A stretch of DNA of 64,000 nucleotides from an uncultured Saprospiraceae bacterium (GCA_964195515.1 CAXMQO010000041.1:4368-68367), one strand, 5' to 3'. Shown: positions 18,116-28,443, counted from the stretch's first letter. Translations and numbers: made by a program. Notes: generated from the sequence alone by a model not told the origin.

Positions 18116-18637
18116 ATGCACATGCTCATCGCAACATCGGGCCTTCTGAGTCCCGATCCGGTCATTGGCTTCACTCGCCACCTCCTCGGTCAGAACGGTC
18201 GCGTCACGCTGATCACCGTCATCGAAGTTCCGCGGGTGTTTCTCGAAGATCTCCATGTCTCCGAGGGTCGAGGACCCGCCTCGGGCGACGAGCAGGAGGA
18301 GGCCGTAGCCGGCTACCTCGAGGAACGGGGCCGCAAGATCGTCGAACCGATTCGAGTAGCTCTCGAGTTGGCGCGTATCCCGTCAGAGGTCCGTTTCGTC
18401 GAAGGCAACGATGCCGCAACGGCGATCTCAGATGCGGCCAATGCCCTTGATGCCGACATCGTCGTGTTGGGGGCGACACGCTCAATTTTCAACCGCGAGG
18501 CCTGGGAGAGCGTCTCCGCTCGGGTCATGCTCGAATCCAGCCGGCCGGTTCTCGTCGTTCCGGCCCCGCGGAGAGACGATGCAAGCGCCGAGCCGCGAGA
18601 TGACGTCGAGGAAGACCGGGACGTCGACACTCCATAG
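18116..18637 (+). CDS. universal stress protein (UspA family)
   Basis: 173 aa with ADIVVLGATRS ... SRPVLVVP motifs. Confidence 0.8.
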   Translation: MHMLIATSGLLSPDPVIGFTRHLLGQNGRVTLITVIEVPRVFLEDLHVSEGRGPASGDEQEEAVAGYLEERGRKIVEPIRVALELARIPSEVRFVEGNDAATAISDAANALDADIVVLGATRSIFNREAWESVSARVMLESSRPVLVVPAPRRDDASAEPRDDVEEDRDVDTP

Positions 18638-18679
18638 CTCACGTTTCGCCCTTCTTGCACGTGGTTCCCTGCTTGTGTC

Positions 18680-19177
18680 TCAGCGTCCCGGAACCGGGAC
18701 ACTCACGGTTTCGCCGCAGAATCCCGCGACCAGATCGCGTGCGGCAATCTCCACGTCCGTCACCCCTGCGGGGATATCGACGTCATCAAGAGACCGGGTG
18801 AAGGGTTGCTCATCGACGTGGGGATGAGCGAGGATACGCGTACCGAGGACCGTTCCATCGGAAGTGCGCACCTCCCACGCGTCGGCGTACTTCTCCCATC
18901 CGGTGTCGGAGCTGAGGATCGTCGCCGATACCCGATAGGTATCTCCTGAGGAGTCGACTGCTGCCTCAATCACATCCGCGCAGCCGGCGACCATCGACGT
19001 CGTGGTACCGACCGTCGACGCGGTCTGTTCCGACTCGCCGGACGACGCACAAGACGTCAGCACCAACACCCCGATGAGGGCGACGAGCGCCATGCACCAG
19101 CGTGGTCTCGCTTCTGACGTGGGTTCCGGATGCCGGGCTTCACCCGACTCCCGCGTGGTGGCGTGGTCGCCCATCAT
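18680..19177 (-). CDS. putative lipoprotein
   Basis: Lipobox VLVLTSC. The ATG at 19177 overlaps the upstream stop (ATGA). The mature part is ~115 aa with no assignable family. Confidence 0.5.
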   Translation of the reverse strand: MMGDHATTRESGEARHPEPTSEARPRWCMALVALIGVLVLTSCASSGESEQTASTVGTTTSMVAGCADVIEAAVDSSGDTYRVSATILSSDTGWEKYADAWEVRTSDGTVLGTRILAHPHVDEQPFTRSLDDVDIPAGVTDVEIAARDLVAGFCGETVSVPVPGR

Positions 19178-19731
19178 CGTGTGGCCTCGCATCTGAGATC
19201 TACCTCCGGACCCTGCGATTCGATGGCACGCTCGAGGTCGTGACATGCCGCCGCGACGCGGTGCTGCGCGTCAGCGAATCCTGATCCGGCGATCACCCTG
19301 TCGATCTCTTCGAAGGACGTTGCGCTTGGGAGATCTTCGAGGACCGGCGCAAGTCCCGTCCGGGAAGTATCCAACGCGTGGATGTACTCACGGTGATCAT
19401 CAGAGACGGCGGCGGGTGTGTCCATGGCATCGAGGTCCCGGACGTACCGATCGAGGGCGTCCGAGATCCCGGCGAACAGCTTCGTGGACTCCTGCGCCGT
19501 CTCACCGATCGCTGCTTTGACGAGCGCTTCGCCGTCTAACTCGCGCTGGAGTCGGGTGACGGTGTCCTCGAGTATCGCAAGGTGCTCCTCTCTCAGGGCG
19601 TCCGACTCGGCACCGTAGGTTGCCGCCCGTTCCTCCACCGCCGTCGCGTAATCGGCGATCGATACGCCGGCGGTCGTACATGCTGTCAGGAACACTCCTG
19701 CGCCGATCAGAAGGCACGACAACCGCTTCAC
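19174..19731 (-). CDS. putative lipoprotein (helical)
   Basis: Start trimmed to GTG 19731, which overlaps the upstream stop (GTGA). Signal is KRLSCLLIGAGVFLTAC. Confidence 0.5.
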   Translation of the reverse strand: MKRLSCLLIGAGVFLTACTTAGVSIADYATAVEERAATYGAESDALREEHLAILEDTVTRLQRELDGEALVKAAIGETAQESTKLFAGISDALDRYVRDLDAMDTPAAVSDDHREYIHALDTSRTGLAPVLEDLPSATSFEEIDRVIAGSGFADAQHRVAAACHDLERAIESQGPEVDLRCEATR

Positions 19732-20417
19732 GTCGAAAGGAGTCCGTTGAGCGGAACGAATGAGTCGACGATTGCGTTGCAGACCAGCTCGGGGATCGTG
19801 GCCCGGCAGAACAGTTCGTAGCGGAGGCCCGCGTCGGTCCATCCGAGACTCAGTCCGTCCGACACGATGATCGGGACGACGTCGCTCTTCGCTGCACCGA
19901 TCCCCTCGGGAGCCGAACCGACCCGGAGCACGGCGAGTCGCCCATTCTCCACCGTGTATGGCTCCACGGTCCAGAAGCCGAACGCTGCTGAGGTGTCGAC
20001 GTCAAGGAGCCCGGACGCTGGATCGAAGACCAGTTGGCTGGTCATCCATCGAACATCCTCTGGCACTGTTCCTGGGAACCGGATCGTGGGTAGGGCTGCG
20101 GCGATTTCGGCTCTGCTCGCTTGGATGAATCGACTTCCGATCTGTCGATCCCAGACGGCGACGATTGCGGAACGAGGGTCACTGCTCGGAGAAACCGGTC
20201 CGACGTCATCGTTGACCCACAGCACGTCACCGGCCCCGACGAGCCCTTCGTTGCCGATCTCGATGACCACCGGCGGGTTCGTCGTCGTGGGAAAGGTCAC
20301 TGCGGTGACCCATCCGCTCGACGCCTCGCCGACGCGTTCGAACGGGCCGGATTCGCCGCACGCGACGGCGATCACGGCAAGGACCAGGACGATGAACATC
20401 AAACGGGCCTTCGACAC
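19728..20417 (-). CDS. putative lipoprotein
   Basis: 229 aa. Signal MSKARLMFIVLVLAVIAVAC with a lipobox Cys. Confidence 0.6.
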   Translation of the reverse strand: MSKARLMFIVLVLAVIAVACGESGPFERVGEASSGWVTAVTFPTTTNPPVVIEIGNEGLVGAGDVLWVNDDVGPVSPSSDPRSAIVAVWDRQIGSRFIQASRAEIAAALPTIRFPGTVPEDVRWMTSQLVFDPASGLLDVDTSAAFGFWTVEPYTVENGRLAVLRVGSAPEGIGAAKSDVVPIIVSDGLSLGWTDAGLRYELFCRATIPELVCNAIVDSFVPLNGLLST

Positions 20418-20474
20418 GTTCCAAGTGTGCCACCGTTCGGCGAATATCGTCGGTCATCGCTCTACGCTCGCCCG

Positions 20475-21227
20475 ATGCCCGAACGCACCGTCGCCATCGT
20501 CCGTCAGGGATATGACGATACCGAAGGGCTCGATACCGGAGTCTCGCACGCCCTGCTCCGACGCGTCGCCGACGGCGCCCTCCCCGAGACGTTCCGGATC
20601 TCCACTCCCGGTCGCGTGGTGGCGTTTGGCAAACAAGACCGAATCGCACCGGGGTTCGACCGCGCAGCAACCCTTGCCCAGATGCTCGGATTCGCGCCGA
20701 TCGTGCGCTTGCCGGGAGGTCGCGCTGCCGTGTTCCACGAACAGACCATCTCCTTCTCCTGGACGGTCCCCGAACCGGATCCGATTCGCGGCATTCGCAA
20801 ACGCTTCACGGAGACCGTCGCGGTCCTTTGCGCAGCGCTGGCCGGCATTGGAATCGAGACGTCGGTTGGCGAGATTCCAGGCGAGTATTGCCCCGGCGAG
20901 TTCAGTGTGAACCACGCCGGGACGATCAAGCTCGCTGGGATTGGACAACGCCTGGGAAGAGGCGCGGCTCATGTGGGCGGGGTGCTCGTTGTCGGCGACG
21001 CCGGGGGAATACGCGACGTCCTCGTGCCCGTCTACAATGCCCTCGACATCGACTGGTCACCATCGACGGTCGGGGCTCTCGACGACGTCCTCCCGGCGCT
21101 CGACACATCCGCGGTTGCTGATGCACTCATCGAAGCGCTCGCCACAACCGTATCCGTCACAGAATCAGCGCTCGACGAGGAGACGCTGGATTTGGCGTGC
21201 TCGCTGGCCCCGCTGCACCTGCCGTGA
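20475..21227 (+). CDS. biotin/lipoate A/B protein ligase family protein (lipoate-protein ligase-like)
   Basis: Part of ORF 20121..21227, trimmed to ATG 20475. Pattern: PETFRISTPGRVVAFGKQD ... RLPGGRAAVFHEQ ... KLAGIGQR (the conserved Lys region of LplA/LipB-type enzymes). Confidence 0.65.
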   Translation: MPERTVAIVRQGYDDTEGLDTGVSHALLRRVADGALPETFRISTPGRVVAFGKQDRIAPGFDRAATLAQMLGFAPIVRLPGGRAAVFHEQTISFSWTVPEPDPIRGIRKRFTETVAVLCAALAGIGIETSVGEIPGEYCPGEFSVNHAGTIKLAGIGQRLGRGAAHVGGVLVVGDAGGIRDVLVPVYNALDIDWSPSTVGALDDVLPALDTSAVADALIEALATTVSVTESALDEETLDLACSLAPLHLP

Positions 21228-21395
21228 CCAGGGTCCAACACATACACAGCGTCTCCGCTCCTGACGCCACGGCTGTGACCGTCTGATCCGCGGACCGAAC
21301 GCTGGACGCGGTCCTGGGTCCTGGGTGACGGATGCGAGTGTGGATGCCACGATGGCCCCAAGATTGCCAGGATTGCTCTGGTAGGGTCGAAACCC

Positions 21396-22478
21396 ATGAT
21401 CATGAATTTGGGAACACCGGAACGGGGCTGTCTGCTGCTGGCAGACATCACCGGCTACACGCGGTACATGGGCGACACCGAACTCTCTCATGCACAGGAC
21501 GTGGTCGCCGATCTTCTCGAAACGATTGTGGGCGCCATCGAACCCGCATTTCAGCTCTCCAAACTCGAGGGCGACGCAGCATTCGCCTACGCGAGCGCAG
21601 ATTCGGTCAACCCGTCGATGATGATGGACACCGTCGAGTCGGCGTACTTTGCATTCCAGAAACGGCTCAGGGACGTAGCTCACTCGACGACGTGTGAGTG
21701 CAACGCATGCATCCGGATCCCGAGCCTGGATCTGAAGTTCTTCGTCCACGATGGAGAGTACGTCCTACGACAGATTGCCCGTTCCGAGGAGCTGACCGGG
21801 CCCGACGTGATCCTCATCCATCGTCTGTCGAAGGGCACAGCAGGAGCGAAGATCAACAAGCCCGCGTACGCCGTATATACGGCGGCGACCCTTCAATCCA
21901 TGACAATGGATCCAGCCATTCTTGGTTTCCTGCCGCACAAGGAGGTGTTCGGCGATATCGGTGAGGTCGACGTCTTCGTCCAGGATCTTGCCGTTCGCTG
22001 GACGTTCGAACAGGAGCGGAATCGCGACTACGTCACGAGTGCCGATTCCGTCCACGAGGCGTCGTTCGAGACGTCTGCATCGCCGCAAACGGTGTGGGAC
22101 CATCTGACCGACCCGACCAAGAGACCGCAATGGCAGCACCTCGTTGACGAAGTGTTGACGATGACCGAAGGACGCAGAGGGATTGGCACGGTCAATCATT
22201 GCATGCACGGCCCGGAGGTCATCGTTGAACACGTCGCCGACTGGAGGCCCTTCACCTACATCACCCTTCGCTACGACGTCGCGGGTGTGGAGAACTGGGC
22301 CTGGACGTATCAGTTGGACCGCCTCGAGAACGGGACTCGCCTTACGATGCGCCTCTCCGATCCCGGAGGCGACGCGTGGGCCCGATTCGGATCGGACTTC
22401 TCATCCAGCGTTGACGATCAGGCCACCCAACTCGCGGCACTCCTCGACAAGAGCCAACCGACCGGAACCGCCGGCTGA
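21396..22478 (+). CDS. DUF2652 (class III nucleotidyl-cyclase-like) domain fused to an SRPBCC/START-like domain
   Basis: 360 aa. The N-terminus LLLADITGYTRYM ... KLEGDAAFAYA resembles cyclase metal-binding motifs. The C-terminal ~140 aa look like a polyketide-cyclase/SRPBCC fold. Confidence 0.65.
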   Translation: MIMNLGTPERGCLLLADITGYTRYMGDTELSHAQDVVADLLETIVGAIEPAFQLSKLEGDAAFAYASADSVNPSMMMDTVESAYFAFQKRLRDVAHSTTCECNACIRIPSLDLKFFVHDGEYVLRQIARSEELTGPDVILIHRLSKGTAGAKINKPAYAVYTAATLQSMTMDPAILGFLPHKEVFGDIGEVDVFVQDLAVRWTFEQERNRDYVTSADSVHEASFETSASPQTVWDHLTDPTKRPQWQHLVDEVLTMTEGRRGIGTVNHCMHGPEVIVEHVADWRPFTYITLRYDVAGVENWAWTYQLDRLENGTRLTMRLSDPGGDAWARFGSDFSSSVDDQATQLAALLDKSQPTGTAG

Positions 22479-22640
22479 CCCCGCCCACATCGGCGCCAGT
22501 GCGCAGTGCAAGGACGTGCCGCCACGCCTCGTCGAGCCTCGCGAGACGGCGCCGGAAGCCGGCTGCTCCAGCATCGACGATCAACAGGTCATCGTGAGCG
22601 ATGCCGTAGCGGACAGCGTGGACTGCACCCATGCGTGCTT
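22476..22640 (-). pseudogene. remnant of the N-terminus of a FAD-dependent amine-oxidase-type oxidoreductase
   Basis: The translation DDLLIVDAGAAGFRRRLARLDEAWRHVLALRTGADVGGVSRRF mimics the dinucleotide-binding pattern DVVIVGAGAAGL..A..L...G..V.vLEa.drvGGr, but with a degraded GxGxxG. The rest of the reading frame runs antisense into the DUF2652 gene. Confidence 0.3.
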
Positions 22641-22725
22641 CGCTGTTGGCCGGACTGGTGGGCCGTGGTAGGCCGGCGGGCGCTTGAGTTTGCATCAGCT
22701 GATCACCCGGCCGAAACTACCGGGC

Positions 22726-23886
22726 ATGCGGATCGTCATCATCAACGGACCCAATCTGAATCTGATCGGGACGCGCTCACCCGAGATCTACGGCTCGACA
22801 AGTCTCGAAGAACTCAACGGTGCGTGCCGATCCTGGGCCGCCGACGCGGGGACCTCCGTCGACACCTACCAATCGAACCACGAAGGAGACCTGATCGACC
22901 GCCTCCATGCAGCCCGCGATGCCGACGGTGTGGTCATCAATCCCGGTGCCTTCACCCACTACTCGTATGCGATCCGTGACGCGATCGAAGCAATCCGCAT
23001 CCCCACCGTCGAAGTCCACATCTCGAACGTGCGGGATCGCGAGTCGTGGAGGTGGATCTCGGTGGTCTCCGACGTGTGTGTGGCCACCATCTTCGGGCGC
23101 GGTATCACCGGGTACCGGGATGCCATCCGCCACCTCGCCGCACGCTCCGCCTGGCCCGTCGAGACCATCACATACGGGCCCGACTCGGACAACGTGGGAG
23201 ACCTCAGGATTCCCGAGGGACCGGGACCGCACCCGGTCGCCGTGCTTCTTCACGGCGGCTTCTGGCGCAACACCGCCGCTCGAGATCTGCTCGACGCAGC
23301 AGCCGTCGATCTGACCGAACGCGGGTGGGCGACGTGGAACGTTGAATTCGCCAGAGTAGGAGGCGGCGGAGGGTGGAGAGCAACAACGGCGGATGTTGCG
23401 GCTGCGGTCGGATCGCTGGCCGAATTCGCCGAAGGCCACCAACTCGATCTCGAACGCGTCATTGCGGTGGGCCACGGTTCCGGCGGTCAACTCGCCCTGC
23501 AGGCCGCCGCAGGAGCCAAAGAGCTTCCGATCTCCGCCGTCGTGACACTCGCGCCAATCGGTGATCTCGAGGCTGCTCATCGCGCGGGTATCGGCTCCGA
23601 TGCTGTGAACGCATTCACGAGACGAACCCCCGAGCAATCACCCGAGCGTTACGCCGCCGCTTCGCCGATCAGGAACCTACCGATCGGTGTGCCGCTGCTC
23701 GTCGTCCACGGCGACGAGGATGACCAGGTTCCGGCGGCGATCAGCCGCTCGTTCGCCGGCCGAGCCGCCGATGAGGGCGACACCGTGGTCTACCACGAAC
23801 TCGAGGGTGTCGGCCACGACGAACTCATCGATCCGGCAACCAGAGCGTGGGCGAAGGTCGTTGAAGAGATCGACCGACTCAGGTAG
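22726..23886 (+). CDS. aroQ: fusion protein: type II 3-dehydroquinate dehydratase (AroQ) plus C-terminal alpha/beta-hydrolase domain
   Basis: Start at ATG 22726. Residues 1-~143 form a complete AroQ ([21 protein letters not shown]). Residues ~150-386 carry the HGGFW oxyanion motif, GHGSGG (nt 23470-23487), and Asp/His near VVHGDEDD ... GVGHD. Confidence 0.8.
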   Translation: MRIVIINGPNLNLIGTRSPEIYGSTSLEELNGACRSWAADAGTSVDTYQSNHEGDLIDRLHAARDADGVVINPGAFTHYSYAIRDAIEAIRIPTVEVHISNVRDRESWRWISVVSDVCVATIFGRGITGYRDAIRHLAARSAWPVETITYGPDSDNVGDLRIPEGPGPHPVAVLLHGGFWRNTAARDLLDAAAVDLTERGWATWNVEFARVGGGGGWRATTADVAAAVGSLAEFAEGHQLDLERVIAVGHGSGGQLALQAAAGAKELPISAVVTLAPIGDLEAAHRAGIGSDAVNAFTRRTPEQSPERYAAASPIRNLPIGVPLLVVHGDEDDQVPAAISRSFAGRAADEGDTVVYHELEGVGHDELIDPATRAWAKVVEEIDRLR

Positions 23887-25081
23887 CCAATCGGATCAGT
23901 CTCGTCAACCCCTCTTCGAGATCCTCATCCCCGAGGGCGAACGAAAGCCGCGCATACCCCGGGGCACCGAACGCTTCGCCGGGAACCACCGCGATCTTGA
24001 TCTCGTCGAGAAGAAGTGCCGCAAGATCCATCGTCGTCTCTGCCGTCCTGCCCCCAAGATCTCGTCCGAGGAGACCTGTGAGGTTCGGGAACGTGTAGAA
24101 CGCGCCGCCCGGATCACTGCACTGGACGCCGGAAACCTCGTTGAGGAGTCGAACCATCGTCCGTCGCCTTCGGTCGAACGCAACGCGCATCTCCTCGGCA
24201 GCATCCATCGGACCGGTGACGGCCGCGAATGCGGCCCGCTGCGAGACGTTCGCCACGTTGGAAGAGATGTGGCTCTGGAGACGGATCGCCGCAGCCGTCA
24301 CATCCGGGGGCCCGATCAACCAGCCGACTCGCCATCCGGTCATGGCGAAGGTCTTCGCCACGCCGTTGACCACGATCGTTCGATCGGCAATCTCCGGTGC
24401 GACGGCCGGCATCGAGTGGAATCGTGCGTCGCCGTAGACGAGATGCTCGTAGATCTCGTCGGTAACGATCCAAATCCCGCGATCGGCCGCCCATCGCCCG
24501 ATCTCGGCGATCCGTTCCCTGGTGTAGACGGCGCCGGTCGGATTTGACGGCGACACGAACATGAGAGCCTTGGTGCGGCTCGTGGTTGCTGCCTCGAGTT
24601 GTTCGACGGTCACCTGGAAACCCGCCTCGTCCGATGTCGGTACCGCTACCGGCACACCGGCGGCGAGGTGAATCGCCTCGGGAAAGGTCACCCAGTACGG
24701 GGCCGGGAGCAGCACCTCGTTGCCGGGATCGAGCAGCGTCTGAAACGCGAGGTAGACGGCTTGCTTGCCGCCGTTCGTGATCATTACCTGTGATGGCTTG
24801 ACGGGGAAGCCCGAGTCTCGGAGGGTCTTCGCTGCTACCGCCTCGCGCAGAGCGGGAAGTCCCGCGGCAGGGCTGTATCGGTGGGTTGCGGGATCGTCAA
24901 CTGCCTCCCGTGCCGCGTCGACGATGTAGGCAGGCGTTGGGAAATCAGGCTCCCCCGCCCCGAAGCCGATCACCGGCTCGCCGGCAGCGGCTAACGCCTT
25001 GGCTTCTGCGTCGATCGCCAGCGTTGCCGACTCGCTGACGTTGAGAGCACGCCTTGAGATTGATGATCGTGAGATTGCCAT
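23879..25081 (-). CDS. pyridoxal-phosphate-dependent aminotransferase (class I, AspC-like)
   Basis: Part of ORF 23879..25495, trimmed to ATG 25081. Motifs: [19 protein letters not shown], and [14 protein letters not shown] (PLP lysine). Confidence 0.85.
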   Translation of the reverse strand: MAISRSSISRRALNVSESATLAIDAEAKALAAAGEPVIGFGAGEPDFPTPAYIVDAAREAVDDPATHRYSPAAGLPALREAVAAKTLRDSGFPVKPSQVMITNGGKQAVYLAFQTLLDPGNEVLLPAPYWVTFPEAIHLAAGVPVAVPTSDEAGFQVTVEQLEAATTSRTKALMFVSPSNPTGAVYTRERIAEIGRWAADRGIWIVTDEIYEHLVYGDARFHSMPAVAPEIADRTIVVNGVAKTFAMTGWRVGWLIGPPDVTAAAIRLQSHISSNVANVSQRAAFAAVTGPMDAAEEMRVAFDRRRRTMVRLLNEVSGVQCSDPGGAFYTFPNLTGLLGRDLGGRTAETTMDLAALLLDEIKIAVVPGEAFGAPGYARLSFALGDEDLEEGLTRLIRLAT

Positions 25082-25177
25082 GTTCGCCTTTGCAGAGGGA
25101 ACGCCACACGATACACACGCCGCTGCTGTGCAACGATTCCGGTTCGTCCTTCGATGCGCATGCGATAGATTGCGCCC

Positions 25178-26677
25178 ATGGAACCATTCAACGAGTACGC
25201 ATCCTTCGACGCTGTCGGCCTCGCACAACTCGTCAACCAAGGCGCCGTACGTCCCCTCGAACTCGTCGAAGCCGCCGCGTCGCGTATCGATGAGATCAAC
25301 CCTGCAATCAACGCCGTGATCTGGGATCGGCTGGACACTGCGCGACTCGAAGCCGAAGCCGCCGACCAGACGGGTCCGTTTGCCGGTGTCCCCATCCTCA
25401 TCAAGGACCTCGTGGTCGAAAGAGGGATACCGGTCACGTTCGGATCGGTCTTCTTCCGGGACTACGTCGGCGATACGACCTCCGAATTCCGGCACCGCAT
25501 CAACGGAGCAGGGTTCATCGATCTCGGTCGAACCAACACACCGGAGTTCGGACTGCTACCGACGACGGAGCCGGTGCTTCACGGTCCGACGAGGAACCCG
25601 TGGGATCTCAGCCGATCAGCAGGAGGCTCCAGCGGTGGCGCAGCCGCGGCCGTTGCTGCTGGGATCGTGCCGCTCGCCCAGGGCAGCGACGGGGGTGGTT
25701 CGATCCGGATTCCTGCGTCGGCCACGGGCTTGTTCGGTCTTAAGCCGTCGCGCGGACGGAACCCGCGGCGCCCCGGATCATCGATCGACTACCTGTCGGT
25801 GGAGCACGCCCTAACTCGCACGGTGCGGGACAGCGCCACATTTCTGGATGCCGTCCATGGCCCCGTACCGGGCGATCGATACTGGGCGCCGCCTCCTTCG
25901 GCGCCGTTCGCCGAGGCGGCCACCCGCGATCCCGAACGCCTCAGGATCGCATTCAGCACGAGAGACTTCCGAGGTAACCGAGTCCATCCAGAGTGTGAAG
26001 CTGCCGTTCTCGAAACGGCGACGCTCCTCGAGGAACTCGGGCACGACGTCGTCGAGGCCGAACCGGATGTCGACGGCGACTTGCTCGCCGACGCATTCTT
26101 CGAGATCTGGGCGGCGCTCGCTGCGACTGCATTCGGCCTCGTGCTCGAAGGGGCATCAGAGCTCAAGCCGGCCGTTGGACACATCCGTCGTTCTGTCGGT
26201 GATCGCAGGACGATGCGACTGATCAGCCGCTTCGACCAGCGCGAGTCGGGGAAGCCTGCATTCGAACCGTTCACGTTCGAACTCGCCGAACGTTCGGGAT
26301 CCAGATCACAAGTGGATCTCCTTGGTGCGGAGGCTGCGCTGCAATCCATCGCGCACCAGACCGGAGCGTACCTGGTCAATTACGACCTGTTCCTCACCCC
26401 GGTACTCGGATCACCGCCGGTGCCGCTGGGCCGAATCGACCAGAACCTGCCATGGAACGAGTTTGTCGAGATGATCTTCCGTTACGTCGCGTTCACACCG
26501 CTCGGGAATTTTGCGGGACTGCCGGCGATGTCCGTCCCGATCCATTGGACGAGCGACGGACTCCCGGTGGGCTCACACTTCCTCGGTCGATTCGGTGCCG
26601 AGGAGACGTTGTTCTCCCTCGCGGGACAGCTTGAGCGGGCACAGCCGTGGGCAGATCGGAAACCGCCGCTGAACTGA
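25178..26677 (+). CDS. amidase (amidase-signature family)
   Basis: 499 aa with the AS signature [14 protein letters not shown]...[13 protein letters not shown]. Confidence 0.85.
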   Translation: MEPFNEYASFDAVGLAQLVNQGAVRPLELVEAAASRIDEINPAINAVIWDRLDTARLEAEAADQTGPFAGVPILIKDLVVERGIPVTFGSVFFRDYVGDTTSEFRHRINGAGFIDLGRTNTPEFGLLPTTEPVLHGPTRNPWDLSRSAGGSSGGAAAAVAAGIVPLAQGSDGGGSIRIPASATGLFGLKPSRGRNPRRPGSSIDYLSVEHALTRTVRDSATFLDAVHGPVPGDRYWAPPPSAPFAEAATRDPERLRIAFSTRDFRGNRVHPECEAAVLETATLLEELGHDVVEAEPDVDGDLLADAFFEIWAALAATAFGLVLEGASELKPAVGHIRRSVGDRRTMRLISRFDQRESGKPAFEPFTFELAERSGSRSQVDLLGAEAALQSIAHQTGAYLVNYDLFLTPVLGSPPVPLGRIDQNLPWNEFVEMIFRYVAFTPLGNFAGLPAMSVPIHWTSDGLPVGSHFLGRFGAEETLFSLAGQLERAQPWADRKPPLN

Positions 26678-26722
26678 AGACCCAGAGATCGAAGGTCGCC
26701 CGTCCCCGATTCCCCGCCCCTG

Positions 26723-27226
26723 CTACTCGGCGCCGGCGCCCCGTGAACCGAGTTCCCGGTCGAGGAACAGCATCGCCTGAGCACCCCCACCCGACAGTGC
26801 CAGGTCGTCGAGGATCTGCGAGAAGGTCGCCTCTTCCTCGATCTGCTCGGTGACGAACCAGTCGAGGAGCGGGAGGGACGCAAAGTCTTTCTCCTCCATG
26901 GCAAGCGCGTAGAGGTTGTTGATCGACGCGGAGACATCCCGCTCCTGGGCGAGTCCACCCTCGAATACCGAAACGACACTGACGAACTCGACCGCCGGTG
27001 CTGCGAGGGCGCCGAGCACGACGCGTCCGTCGCGATCGAGAACGAACTGGTAGAACTTCAAGGCATGCGCGGTCTCTTCGGCCGACTGTGCGCGCATCCA
27101 TGCCGCCATCCCCGAGAAGCCGGCGGACTCGAGCCATGCCCCCATCGCCAGGTAGTTGTGTGCCGCCTGGAGCTCCATCGTGATCTGGTCGTTGAACGCT
27201 GCGTTCATGGTCTCGTTGATCTGCAT
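26723..27226 (-). CDS. non-heme ferritin
   Basis: 167 aa. NDQITMELQAAHNYLAMGAW ... EETAHALKFY are ferroxidase-site residues typical of bacterial Ftn. Confidence 0.9.
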   Translation of the reverse strand: MQINETMNAAFNDQITMELQAAHNYLAMGAWLESAGFSGMAAWMRAQSAEETAHALKFYQFVLDRDGRVVLGALAAPAVEFVSVVSVFEGGLAQERDVSASINNLYALAMEEKDFASLPLLDWFVTEQIEEEATFSQILDDLALSGGGAQAMLFLDRELGSRGAGAE

Positions 27227-27251
27227 ACACGGTCCCCTCGGCTGGATGTAG

Positions 27252-27911
27252 GTGCTGTCAATTCAGACGATAGGCTCGTCGGTGATGACCACATTCGCCG
27301 TTCTCTTCACCGCTGCGTTCACCGCTGCACTCGTGTGGGCAGAGGTCGCGAACTCACCGGCGCTCCGATGGTTCAAGATGCTCGCCTCGACCGGATTCAT
27401 CGCGGTCGCGCTGTCGGTCGGTGCGCTCCCCACGTCCTATGGGAGGGTCGTACTCGTCGCACTGGTGCTGTCGTGGATCGGGGATCTGCTGCTCACGTTC
27501 GCGTCACGGCGAGCATTTCTCGGCGGCCTCGTCGCATTCCTGCTCGGACACGTTGCCTACTCGATCGCGTTCGGCACGCTTGGTCTGAGCCCGCTTGTGG
27601 TTGCGATCTCCGCGGTCGTGGTCGCGACCATCGCCGTCTTCGTCTGGCACTGGCTCGCGCCACACGTCGGCGAGATGGCGGCGCCGGTCGTTGCCTACGT
27701 CGTGGTCAATTCAGTGATGGTTGTCCTCGCATTCGGAACGTTCGGCGACGGCGCCACGTGGCTGATCCCGGTCGGAGCGACCCTCTTCTTCGTGTCGGAC
27801 CTGTTCGTGGCCAGGAACCAGTTCGTTGTACGCGGCACCGTGAACCGCGTCTGTGGTCTCCCCCTCTATTACTTCGCCCAGGTGCTGCTCGCTCTTTCGG
27901 CCACCAACTGA
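27252..27911 (+). CDS. YhhN-family membrane protein (lysoplasmalogenase-like)
   Basis: 219 aa with ~7 TM segments. SWIGDLLL and FFVSDLFVA motifs resemble YhhN/TMEM86. Confidence 0.65.
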   Translation: MLSIQTIGSSVMTTFAVLFTAAFTAALVWAEVANSPALRWFKMLASTGFIAVALSVGALPTSYGRVVLVALVLSWIGDLLLTFASRRAFLGGLVAFLLGHVAYSIAFGTLGLSPLVVAISAVVVATIAVFVWHWLAPHVGEMAAPVVAYVVVNSVMVVLAFGTFGDGATWLIPVGATLFFVSDLFVARNQFVVRGTVNRVCGLPLYYFAQVLLALSATN

Positions 27912-27933
27912 ACCTGGGAACTATCCTCGCCTC

Positions 27934-28443
27934 ATGCTTCGTCTCATGCTCTTCCGCCACGGCAAGTCCGACTGGAATACCACCACTCGTGGTGACCGCG
28001 ACCGACCCCTCAGCTCCCGCGGGGAACGATCCGCCGAAACCATGGGGCTCGTGCTCAGGAAGATGGGGGAGATTCCCGACCTCGTCGTGTCTTCGCCCGC
28101 GGTGCGTGCCGAGGCCACGGCGGCCCTGGCCCGGATCTCCGGAGGGTGGGGCAGTCGGCTCGAGATCGCCGACGAGCTCTACGGCGCCGGCCCCGAAACG
28201 GCGCTGGCGGTGGCAGCCCGTTGCGGCATGGACACCGACCGTCTCATGCTCGTCGGTCACGAACCGACGTGGTCTCTCCTGGCGGAGCGGATTACCGGCG
28301 GTCGAATCGCGGTGAAGACCGGGACCGTCCTTGCGTTCGATCTCAACGCTGCGACGTGGACGAACGTCGGGCGGGCGGGCGGATCACTCGCCTTTGCCGT
28401 CCATCCCCGCATGTTCGGCGGCGGCGAATGGGATCTCCTGTGA
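27934..28443 (+). CDS. sixA: histidine phosphatase family protein (SixA-like)
   Basis: Trimmed to ATG 27934. The N-terminal [11 protein letters not shown] (RHG motif) and the ~169 aa size fit. Confidence 0.7.
   Translation: MLRLMLFRHGKSDWNTTTRGDRDRPLSSRGERSAETMGLVLRKMGEIPDLVVSSPAVRAEATAALARISGGWGSRLEIADELYGAGPETALAVAARCGMDTDRLMLVGHEPTWSLLAERITGGRIAVKTGTVLAFDLNAATWTNVGRAGGSLAFAVHPRMFGGGEWDLL

Noticed and set aside
22342-22695. The 117-codon minus-strand ORF as an intact gene.
   Set aside because: Only the first ~55 codons after the internal Met look protein-like (a flavoprotein N-terminus). The remainder is antisense to the DUF2652 gene and is Arg-rich. It is treated as a remnant.
23879-25495. 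Long N-terminal extensions of track ORFs: aminotransferase 538 aa, ribF 400 aa, rbfA 261 aa, rpsO 250 aa, lipoate ligase 368 aa, GNAT 351 aa and ltaE 440 aa.
   Set aside because: The homologous part begins at an internal start that has a Shine-Dalgarno and/or a stop-start overlap with the upstream gene. The extensions are low-complexity and overlap neighbouring genes.
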